Source of the DNA: Halobacteriaceae archaeon
GTDB taxonomy: Archaea; Halobacteriota; Halobacteria; Halobacteriales; Halobacteriaceae
Length of the DNA: 36,000 bases
NCBI GenBank assembly: GCA_042216675.1
Contig: JBDGTS010000052.1
Location: forward strand, 1-36,000
Direction: 5' to 3'
Shown: in pieces, positions 1 through 7,329 of the stretch
Position numbering within the stretch: the first letter of the stretch is position 1
How the letters are laid out: every line of letters starts with the position of its first letter
Notes under the pieces: generated by a model
What the model was told of the DNA's origin: nothing
Databases searched by the model: none
What the model saw: the letters and a program-made list of their open reading frames with translations, nothing else
Made by a program: the position numbers and the translations under genes

Positions 1-51
1 CCCATTACCGACTCTACTACGTCTATCGGTAAATATCTTCCTTAAACACTA
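1..51 (-). mobile_element. Probable end of an insertion sequence (IS630-like, TA target), continuing off the left edge
   Basis: Abrupt drop to AT-rich sequence at 51. Minus strand reads TA-GTGTTTAAGGAAGATATTTACC...GTAATGGG, with a possible ATG at 5..3. The adjacent gene runs into it and stops within a few codons. No transposase or second end is visible. Confidence 0.4.
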
Positions 52-976
52 TGAGGGTCTCGCGAGCGGCGTGCGCGTGGAGCGCGTGCCCCACGTCGGC
101 GCCGAGTTCTTCGAGGATGCCGATCTCCGTCTCGTCGAAGGCGTCGGGTCGATCCGCGTAGACGCCGAGCAGGCCGTAGATGTCCTCACCGTGGGTCAGC
201 GGCACCGCGGCCACGGACTGGAACCCGCGCTCGGCCGCCCGCTCCCGCCAGGGCTCGAAGGACTCGTCCGACTGCACGTCCTGGGTGACGCTGACTCGGC
301 GCTGGCGGACAGCGCGACCGGCCGGGCCCTGCCCCGTCGCACTGCGGTCGGTGGTGATCGTGACGTCCTCGAGGTAGCCCGAGTCGACCCCCGCCCACTC
401 CCGGGGAATCACGCGCTGGACCGCCTCGTCGACCTCCCCCATCCACGCGAACCGGTAGGGGTCCGCGTCGCTGATGATCTCGCAGACGCGTCGCTCGATC
501 TCCTCGCGCGACGTCGCGCGCACGAGCGCCTGGTTGACGGTCCGCACGATGTCGCGGATGCGCTCCAGCGTCTGGGCCCGCGCGACCGCCCGGTGGCTCT
601 CGACGGCGTTCGTGACCCGGTTGGCCAGCAGTTCGTACCGCTCCGAGCCGCTGCCCTTCTGGAGGTAGTCGGTGGCGCCCGCCGAGATGGCGTCGCTCGC
701 GACGTCCTCGGAGCCGCGGCCCGTGAACAGCACGAACGGGAGGTCACCGTGGTCCCGCCGGACCGCCTCGAGCAGCGCGAGCCCGTCCATCTCCGGCATC
801 TGGTAGTCGCTGACGACGCAGTCCACGGGCTCCGCCGCGAGGACCTCCAGGGCCCGGGGCCCGCTGGCGGCGGTGACGACCTCGATGCGGTCGTCTGCAC
901 GTTCCAGCAGCTCGCTCGCTAGCTCGAGAAACGCCGGCTCGTCGTCGACGTGCAGGACCCGGATCCCCTCGCCCAT
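23..976 (-). CDS. Response-regulator receiver + GAF domain protein, probably C-terminally truncated
   Basis: VLHVDDE, VVSDYQMPEMDG, LFTGRG and DYLQK receiver motifs, then a GAF domain (GPAGRA...VAAVPL...YGLLGVYA). The last ~10 residues are encoded by AT-rich DNA. Confidence 0.85.
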   Translation of the reverse strand: MGEGIRVLHVDDEPAFLELASELLERADDRIEVVTAASGPRALEVLAAEPVDCVVSDYQMPEMDGLALLEAVRRDHGDLPFVLFTGRGSEDVASDAISAGATDYLQKGSGSERYELLANRVTNAVESHRAVARAQTLERIRDIVRTVNQALVRATSREEIERRVCEIISDADPYRFAWMGEVDEAVQRVIPREWAGVDSGYLEDVTITTDRSATGQGPAGRAVRQRRVSVTQDVQSDESFEPWRERAAERGFQSVAAVPLTHGEDIYGLLGVYADRPDAFDETEIGILEELGADVGHALHAHAARETLIVFKEDIYR

Positions 977-1069
977 CGCGTGTCTCTTCGGTGCAGGGGG
1001 AGAAAAGCGATTCCCCTGCTTCGTTCCGCCGAGAACACCGCTCGCCGGCCTGCTCGTCGGGCCGGTCGG

Positions 1070-1573
1070 TCAGTCCCGACCGAGGCCAGCCTCGCGGAAT
1101 CGCCGGCCGAGGGCCACGTAGTCCGCGGCGTGGCGCGCCACGTCCTCGCGCTGCCCCTCGGTGAGCGGTCGCGTCTCGGCCGGCGTCCCGTAGGCGAGGT
1201 GTCCCGACGGGACCGTCTGGTCGTGGGTGACGACGCTCCCGGCCGCGACAACGCACTCGGACTCGACGGTCGCCCCGGAGAGCACGCAGCTCCCCATCCC
1301 GACGAGGACGTCGTCGCGGACCTCACAGTAGTCCACCACGGCGTTGTGCCCGACGGTCACGCGGTCACCGAGGGTGGCGCCGTGGATCGTCGTCCCCTCC
1401 TGGACGTTCGTGTCGCGACCGACGGCCACCGCACCCCCGTCGCCCCGCAGACAGACGAACGGCCAGACGCTCGCCCCGTCCGCGACGGTCACGTCCCCGA
1501 CGAGGTAGGCCATCTCCGAGACGAACGCCGACCCCGCCACCGACGGCGTCTCGCCCTCGAACGTTCGTTGCAC
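1070..1573 (-). CDS. Gamma-class carbonic anhydrase family (hexapeptide-repeat) protein
   Basis: LVGDVTV, SVWP..CLRGD, TNVQEGTTIH and VTVGHNAVV left-handed beta-helix motifs. GTG start. Confidence 0.9.
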   Translation of the reverse strand: MQRTFEGETPSVAGSAFVSEMAYLVGDVTVADGASVWPFVCLRGDGGAVAVGRDTNVQEGTTIHGATLGDRVTVGHNAVVDYCEVRDDVLVGMGSCVLSGATVESECVVAAGSVVTHDQTVPSGHLAYGTPAETRPLTEGQREDVARHAADYVALGRRFREAGLGRD

Positions 1574-1623
1574 GGTCGTCCGACCGACGCCGGCCGGATG
1601 GCTCTGTCGGTTCTCCGGCCGGG

Positions 1624-2352
1624 TCAGGCAACGTCGCCGGGGACGTCACCGCCACGGCGCCCCCGGACGTAGGCGACGGCGACCACCAGCGCGAGGACGA
1701 CCGCGCCCCCGACCTCCGTCGTGGGCAGGCCCGCGAGGTGGTGAGGGACGTCGAACAGGTGCTGGACGAGCGGTTCTTCCGTGATGAGTTCGCCCGAGAC
1801 GAAGGCGACGATGCCGCCGCCGAGCCAGACGAGCTGTGGCGCCCGGTCGAGGACCCGCGAGATGGCGGTCGCGCCGAGGAAGAGCAGGGGGATGGAGATG
1901 AGCAGGCCGAGACCGATGAGCCAGACGAGGCCGTTCGACGCCGCGGCCACGGCGAGCATGTTGTCCAGCGACATCGAGGCGTCAGCGAGGAGGATGATGG
2001 CGATGGCCTCGACGAGGCTGTTCGCGTCACGCTCCGGTTCGTCGTCCTCGGCGTGGGGCGGTTCGGTGATGAGCTTCCAGGCGATGTAGACGAGCAGGAG
2101 GCCGCCGACGAGGCGGACGCCGACGAGTTCCGTCTCGTAGAGCAACACCGCGAACACGCCCGCGAAGACGACGCGGAAGGCGATTGCGCCGACGATGGCG
2201 AGTATCACCGCCAACCGACGCTGTTCGTCCGGGAGTCGGTGCGCCACCATGCCGATGACCAGGGCGTTGTCCCCGCTCATCGTGAGGCTGATGAGGACGA
2301 TGCTGACGAACGCGCTCAGCGTCGTCGGATCGATAGTCGGGAGCAGTGACAT
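1624..2352 (-). CDS. TerC/YjbE family integral membrane protein
   Basis: MSGDNALVI and ADASMSLDNMLAVAAA signatures with multiple TM segments. Start placed at ATG 2352. Confidence 0.9.
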   Translation of the reverse strand: MSLLPTIDPTTLSAFVSIVLISLTMSGDNALVIGMVAHRLPDEQRRLAVILAIVGAIAFRVVFAGVFAVLLYETELVGVRLVGGLLLVYIAWKLITEPPHAEDDEPERDANSLVEAIAIILLADASMSLDNMLAVAAASNGLVWLIGLGLLISIPLLFLGATAISRVLDRAPQLVWLGGGIVAFVSGELITEEPLVQHLFDVPHHLAGLPTTEVGGAVVLALVVAVAYVRGRRGGDVPGDVA

Positions 2353-2440
2353 CGGGGTTACCTTCCGTAGCAGAACGCGGGTTATATCTGTTGTCATCTC
2401 CGCCGCGTCGGACCGTGGCCGACCCGACGGAGCGGTCGGC

Positions 2441-2548
2441 TCAGTCGATGCGGTCGACCGTGTCTTCCTCCTCGGACCCGCGGCGGCGGAGGGCGATGAC
2501 GACGATTGCGACGATTGCGACGATGGCGATGACCTTTGTCCGGCTCAT
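2441..2548 (-). CDS. 35-aa single-TM microprotein (not in the ORF track)
   Basis: MSRTKVIAIVAIVAIVVIALRRRGSEEEDTVDRID*: hydrophobic helix, basic stop-transfer, acidic tail. SD-like AGGTG upstream of the ATG. Confidence 0.7.
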   Translation of the reverse strand: MSRTKVIAIVAIVAIVVIALRRRGSEEEDTVDRID

Positions 2549-2619
2549 GACACCTGACTCAAGGACGCCGACAGGTAAAAGTGTGCAGGACGGGGCGCCC
2601 CTTCGGGGGCGGGGACCGG

Positions 2620-2901
2620 CTACCGCGGGTCCCGGCTGTAGACGGTGACCCTGCTGGCGGTCACCGTGACGGGGCGGTCCCAGATCCGCGTGTAGACGAA
2701 CGAGTCGGGGCCCGAGTGTTCGAGGAAGTCGACGAGGGCGTCCATGTCGACCCAGTCGTTCACCCGCGTGTCGGTCCGGTCGACGGCGACGCCCGTCGTC
2801 GCGAACGCGTCGACGATAGCCGTCAACATCGAATCCCCGTCGTCGACAGCGAGCGAGACCAGCACGTCTCGTCCATCGTCCTCGAGGGGAGTGTCGACCA
2901 T
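2620..2901 (-). CDS. HalOD1-like halobacterial output domain protein
   Basis: SMLTAIVDAFA...VNDWVDMDALVDFL...VTVTASRVTV pattern, 93 aa. GGTGA upstream of ATG 2901. Confidence 0.7.
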   Translation of the reverse strand: MVDTPLEDDGRDVLVSLAVDDGDSMLTAIVDAFATTGVAVDRTDTRVNDWVDMDALVDFLEHSGPDSFVYTRIWDRPVTVTASRVTVYSRDPR

Positions 2902-2942
2902 CTCACCGTCGAGATGTGCACGCGCCGGGATTATGTCCTCTC

Positions 2943-2956
2943 CCCAACTAGTTGGG
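2943..2956. promoter_or_regulatory. Palindromic operator candidate CCCAACTAGTTGGG
   Basis: Perfect 14-bp palindrome 42-55 bp upstream of the HalOD1 start. Related copies at 4442, 5137 and 6529. Confidence 0.6.
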
Positions 2957-2974
2957 TGTCCAGACCGGCCGGTC

Positions 2975-3193
2975 CTACTCCATCTCCGACAGCGAGACGA
3001 AGGCGTCACCGCGCGCGAGCACCCACCGGGTCCTGATCTCGGACTCGTCGGCGTCGCGGCGGAAGATGGTGCACTCGTCCGGGAGGTGCTCGTGTTCCTC
3101 CACGTAGGCGGTCAGTGTCTCGCGGACGTCGAGCACACCGTCGGGGCCGTCTTCGTTCGCGGGGGAGTCGTCGGCGGTCGATATGTCGCTCAT
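2975..3193 (-). CDS. Conserved haloarchaeal small acidic protein (DUF7511-like)
   Basis: PDECTIF...RTRWVLARGDAFVSL motif, 72 aa, acidic. Confidence 0.7.
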   Translation of the reverse strand: MSDISTADDSPANEDGPDGVLDVRETLTAYVEEHEHLPDECTIFRRDADESEIRTRWVLARGDAFVSLSEME

Positions 3194-3322
3194 GGAATCA
3201 ATCGGAGGCGTCCTGCCTCGACGTTCGTGGCTTGGTCAGGCCGACCGATATATCCGTCCCTTCATTCTTGACCGATGGGAATCACCGGACGGCCCGGGTC
3301 GAATCGGGGGGATTCGAGTCCA

Positions 3323-4420
3323 TTACGTGGCTCGTAATAACGGGTCCGGCGACGGTCGGTCGCGTATGCCACCAGCCCTCGGATCGGTCCCCAGTCTGAC
3401 CTCCCGCCCGTCGACGAGTCCGTCGCCGTCGGAGTCGGGTTTCAGCGGATCGCTCCCGAGTGCGACCTCGCGGCCGTCCGTCAGTCCGTCGTCGTCGCTG
3501 TCGTCGTCCTTCGGGTCCGTCGAGTAGACGTGCACCTCCTCGCCGTCGTCCAGTCCGTCCCCGTCCGTGTCTGCGACCGTCGGGCGGGTTCCGTACTTGT
3601 GGAGTTCCGCCCCGTCGTCGAGGTTGTCACCGTCGGAGTCCCGCCGAGTCGGATCTGTCGCGCCGTCCACCTCCTCGGCGTCGTTGAGGCCGTCGCTGTC
3701 GGTGTCGTTCGTCCGCGGATTCGTCCCGTACTCGTGGACCTCGGTCCCGTCCATCAGACCGTCGGTGTCGGTGTCCTTCCGGCCGATGCCCGTCCCGGCC
3801 TGCACCTCGCGCTCGTTGGACAGTTGGTCGGCGTCGTAGTCCCCCGACCGAGTGATGACGACGACGGAGCGGTTCACCCGGTCGGTCCGGTTGCCTTCGT
3901 CGGAGGTGTCGTCTATCGTCACTGCCAGTTCGTAGGGCCCGGTCGCGTTCTTCGCCCACGTGGAGACGTTGAACTCCTCGGTGAACCTGTGCCCGACCGG
4001 TTTGCCGTAGGGGGTCGCGCGGTCGTGGCAGGCGATTCTCTCGGCCGACTTGGCGTCGTCGGGCGTCGTCCACACGCAGATCTGCATTCCGGTGGCGTTC
4101 CGCGGCGTGACGTCGACGCTGACCCGGTCGGTCTCTGACTGCCAGAGGAACGTCCGCCCGTCGGGGTGGCTGGCCACGCTCCGGTTCCCGAACTGCACGT
4201 CCCCGAGCGTCGGACCGTCGGCAGCGACTGCCGTGCCCATTAGCGCACTGCCGAGGACCACGGCGAGAATCGCGAGAACGAACGCGCGGCCGAGCGCCCG
4301 GCCGAGAAACTCACGGTCGACCTGCCACTGTCCCGCCTCCGTCATCGTCTTTCCACTGGGTCCGTCGGGCTTCGCTCGCCCCCGACCGGTACTCTCTCCA
4401 TCCGCTGGTTTCTTCGGCAT
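3323..4420 (-). CDS. Secreted protein with bacterial TSP3-like Ca-binding repeats (possibly C-terminally truncated)
   Basis: Signal-like FVLAILAVVLGSALMGTAVAA and about seven DxDxDGLxDGxE...GTDP repeats. Alternative start at ATG 4345. Confidence 0.8.
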   Translation of the reverse strand: MPKKPADGESTGRGRAKPDGPSGKTMTEAGQWQVDREFLGRALGRAFVLAILAVVLGSALMGTAVAADGPTLGDVQFGNRSVASHPDGRTFLWQSETDRVSVDVTPRNATGMQICVWTTPDDAKSAERIACHDRATPYGKPVGHRFTEEFNVSTWAKNATGPYELAVTIDDTSDEGNRTDRVNRSVVVITRSGDYDADQLSNEREVQAGTGIGRKDTDTDGLMDGTEVHEYGTNPRTNDTDSDGLNDAEEVDGATDPTRRDSDGDNLDDGAELHKYGTRPTVADTDGDGLDDGEEVHVYSTDPKDDDSDDDGLTDGREVALGSDPLKPDSDGDGLVDGREVRLGTDPRAGGIRDRPSPDPLLRAT

Positions 4421-4441
4421 TCCGTGGTTAATTAACTGTCG

Positions 4442-4455
4442 CCCAAACGATTGGG
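4442..4455. promoter_or_regulatory. Palindromic operator candidate CCCAAACGATTGGG
   Basis: CCCAA-N4-TTGGG next to AT-rich GTTAATTAAC, upstream of the repeat-protein gene. Confidence 0.55.
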
Positions 4456-4474
4456 GTATCCGCCTGCGGACTGC

Positions 4475-5092
4475 TCAGCTATCGACCGACTGCTCGATTG
4501 TCAGCTTCGCGAACGTGAGCATCGAGAACATGATCAGGATGAGGACGCTCGCGGCGAAGCTGGAGACGAGCTGGAAGACGGTCAGGTCCAGGGCGGTCCC
4601 GACGAGGAGGACGGTCCCGACCAGCGACACGCCCAGATACCGCCGCTCCCACGTGGCCTCCCCCGACCGGTCGGGCGTGGGAGCGCTGTCCACGTCCACG
4701 TACGTGGCGACGTGGTCGAGGAGTGGGGTGGGGTCGACGATGCCGCGGGGCTTGTTGTACTCGATGACGCCGGCGTCTTCGAGGGTTTCGAGGTGGGACT
4801 GGTAGAGGGCGATGTAGACGCGCTGGCGCTGGGTGGAGGTGAGCGCTTCGAGGGTGGTGTCGTGCTCCCAGGCGGCGACCTGTTCGGCGACGTCGCGCAT
4901 CTCGACGGGGCCCTCGCGCCCGCGGAGGTACCGGACGACCGCGCGTCGGCGGTAGTTCTGCAGCAGGTGGAACAGGTCGTCCTCCACGAGCGTCGCTCTC
5001 TCGTCCCCCGTGCCGTCTGTCGGATCCGCTGCCGACGATTCGTCTGCTGGCACCTCCTGCTGCCCCGTCGTGGTTCCCGTCGTCGCGTTCAT
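4475..5092 (-). CDS. DUF7344-type winged-helix protein with two C-terminal TM helices (membrane-anchored regulator)
   Basis: LFHLLQNYRRRAVVRYL, DVAEQVAAWE and RQRVYIALYQSHLETLEDAGVIEY motifs, with a hydrophobic C-terminus. Confidence 0.85.
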   Translation of the reverse strand: MNATTGTTTGQQEVPADESSAADPTDGTGDERATLVEDDLFHLLQNYRRRAVVRYLRGREGPVEMRDVAEQVAAWEHDTTLEALTSTQRQRVYIALYQSHLETLEDAGVIEYNKPRGIVDPTPLLDHVATYVDVDSAPTPDRSGEATWERRYLGVSLVGTVLLVGTALDLTVFQLVSSFAASVLILIMFSMLTFAKLTIEQSVDS

Positions 5093-5119
5093 GGTCCTGG
5101 AGTAGACCGACGCATGTTC

Positions 5120-5151
5120 GCCCAATCAACTAACTGCCCAACTGATTGGGC
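5120..5151. promoter_or_regulatory. Nested palindromes: GCCCAATCA-N14-TGATTGGGC containing CCCAACTGATTGGG (5137-5150)
   Basis: Read directly from the sequence, 28-59 bp upstream of the DUF7344 start. Confidence 0.6.
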
Positions 5152-5266
5152 ACTCTCGTCCGGGTCGCGCGTCGACCCGACCGAACCCCACGCCGTCGGT
5201 CGGATCGGGACGGACCACGCACCGCGTCCCGACGCCGGAGCCCCGGGGCGTCGGTTCACGGGGCGG

Positions 5267-5283
5267 GTTACCGGATCGGTAAC
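5267..5283. promoter_or_regulatory. Palindrome GTTACCG-GAT-CGGTAAC upstream of the cysD-like gene
   Basis: Perfect 7-bp arms, followed by TATA-like ATAATAAT at 5301-5308. Confidence 0.55.
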
Positions 5284-5337
5284 GCCGGCATACGCTGCAG
5301 ATAATAATGCGGTCGGTCGCCCCATCCGAGGACACCG

Positions 5338-6282
5338 ATGTCACAGCCGAACCTCGATTACACGGACGGTGCCGACGAGACGCCCGCGGACTACCCCACG
5401 ACCGCTGCCGCGATGGAGCGGGCCGTCGCGGTGACCCGCCGGGCCCTCGACGCGTACGACGACCCGGCGATGATGTGGACCGGGGGGAAGGACTCGACGC
5501 TCACGCTGTACTTCGTCATGGAGGTGGCTCGGAAGTACGATTACGACGTCCCACCGGCGGTGTTCCTCGACCACTACCAGCACTTCGACGACGTGCTGTC
5601 GTTCGTGGAGCGGTGGGCGGACGAGTGGGAACTGGACGTGCTGTACGCGCGCAAAGAGGACGTAGGGCGACTCGCGGAGGACCCCGGCGAGGACATCCCC
5701 GTCGCGGACCTGAACGACCGCAACCGGGCCGAGGTCCGCGAGAAACTGGAGTACGAGGACGAGACGTTCCCGTTCCTGTTGGACACCTACGTGGGCAACC
5801 ACCTGCTGAAGACGGTGGCGCTCAACGACGCCCTCGAGGAACACGGCATCGACGGCGTCTTCTCGGGCGTGCGCTGGGACGAACAGGAGGCCCGCGCGGA
5901 CGAGACGTTCTTCTCGCCCCGGCACGACACCGCGAAGTATCCGCCCCACGACCGGGTTCACCCCATCCTCCAGTTCACCGAGGCCGACGTCTGGGACGTC
6001 ACGTGGAACCACCTCGTCCCGGACACCGTTCCGGCCTGGCCCGACGACGGCTACGTCCCGCAGGACTACGACGACCTGCCCGGTGGGCTCTCCCCCGTCG
6101 ACGTCCCCGTCTCGCCCAAGTACTTCGAGGGGTTCCGCTCGCTCGGCAGCGAGGTCAGCACGGACCGCGCGGACCCGGAACCGGCGTGGCTGCAGGACCT
6201 CGAGGGGACGACCGAGCGCGCGGGCCGCGCCCAGGACAAGGAGGACCTCATGGATCGGTTGCGCGACCTCGGCTACATGTGA
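5338..6282 (+). CDS. cysD: PAPS-reductase family protein / sulfate adenylyltransferase small subunit (haloarchaeal CysD type)
   Basis: MWTGGKDST PP-loop, FSGVRWDEQEAR, RVHPILQFTEADVW, GFRSLG and ERAGRAQDKE...LGYM. Confidence 0.8.
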   Translation: MSQPNLDYTDGADETPADYPTTAAAMERAVAVTRRALDAYDDPAMMWTGGKDSTLTLYFVMEVARKYDYDVPPAVFLDHYQHFDDVLSFVERWADEWELDVLYARKEDVGRLAEDPGEDIPVADLNDRNRAEVREKLEYEDETFPFLLDTYVGNHLLKTVALNDALEEHGIDGVFSGVRWDEQEARADETFFSPRHDTAKYPPHDRVHPILQFTEADVWDVTWNHLVPDTVPAWPDDGYVPQDYDDLPGGLSPVDVPVSPKYFEGFRSLGSEVSTDRADPEPAWLQDLEGTTERAGRAQDKEDLMDRLRDLGYM

Positions 6283-6528
6283 CGGCGACGGCGGGTCGGA
6301 GAACGCGGCCGGGTGGACTGATTCGAGTGCGGTGGGGGACGTGGGGTGGAACTGTCGAGTCCCCGCACCGTGACCGGCGTTCGACCGCCGGTCTGCGGCC
6401 GCGATGGCTCGCGCGGTTCGAGTGCCCAGTCAGCGGACGTCTCGACGACGTCCAGACCCGGCTACTCGTGGTCTCTACCTTATTATGAGGAGGCTAAGCG
6501 ACGGAGACGTCCCGTCCGTCGCCCGAGA

Positions 6529-6543
6529 CCCAAACTGTTTGGG
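6529..6543. promoter_or_regulatory. Palindromic operator candidate CCCAAAC-T-GTTTGGG
   Basis: Perfect 7-bp arms 37-51 bp upstream of ATG 6580. Confidence 0.55.
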
Positions 6544-6579
6544 GGTTCGACGTTTGCGTCTCCGACCCCCCGTGGCTGT

Positions 6580-6936
6580 ATGTACGAGCGCACGACCGAC
6601 CGTGGCGCTGCCGACGCTCCGGACGGGCACTCGCGACTGTCCGCCGCTCTCTCGACTCCCCGACTACTGGTCGTGGCCGACGCGCTCCGGGAGCGCGGGT
6701 GGCGGGCCAGGGCCGCCGACCTGGCCGACGTCGTCGCAGACCGGTCGACGGACGCCGCTCCCGAGGACGTCCACGTCGGCCTCCACCACCGGGACCTGCC
6801 GGTCCTGGAGCGGGCGGCCGTCGTGGACTTCGATCACCGAACCGGCACCGTCTCTCCCGGACCCGACGCGGAGCGGTTCGAACGGTTCCTCGACGCCGTA
6901 CTCGAGTCGGGGGCGCCGGACTCGCGCCGGACCTGA
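6580..6936 (+). CDS. DUF7344-type small winged-helix protein
   Basis: ALSTPR..VADAL, DLADVVA and VHVGLHHRDLPVLERAAVVDFD motifs. Start placed at ATG 6580. Confidence 0.75.
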   Translation: MYERTTDRGAADAPDGHSRLSAALSTPRLLVVADALRERGWRARAADLADVVADRSTDAAPEDVHVGLHHRDLPVLERAAVVDFDHRTGTVSPGPDAERFERFLDAVLESGAPDSRRT

Positions 6937-7329
6937 CGGGCCGGCGCGGAGAAAATGGACGGGACGGGGAACGGCCGCCACGTCGACGCGGCTGACACGG
7001 TCCAACGCGTCTCGCGTCCGGTGGGGCCGTACCGCGTGGCGGGGTCCGGTCCCCGGGACGTGGGGGCACGCCCGAGAGACCGGAGGGGCGGCACGGACGT
7101 TACTATCGAGGTGCTAACCGCCCGCCGACCCCGCCGGCGTGGCCCACCCTGGGGGTCGCGAGTGAGTTATCGGACGCATAATAAACCGCCGACGGGACGG
7201 ACGCGTCTCCATGCAGACTGACCCCCGCCCGACCGACCGAGCGCCGCGGCGACCGTTCCGCCGTCCCCGTGTTCGTCGCCGACCGACGGCAGCACCGTCC
7301 GCCAGCCGAGTCGCGCCGTCGACCCCGCG

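Noticed and set aside
3380-3845. Periodic DNA resembling a repeat or CRISPR array
   Set aside because: The periodicity comes from degenerate protein-coding DxDxDG repeats. There are no identical repeats with unique spacers and no cas genes.
6955-7221. 88-aa ORF between the DUF7344 gene and the sulfatase
   Set aside because: Basic, no motif, and it runs over the apparent promoter of the sulfatase operon.
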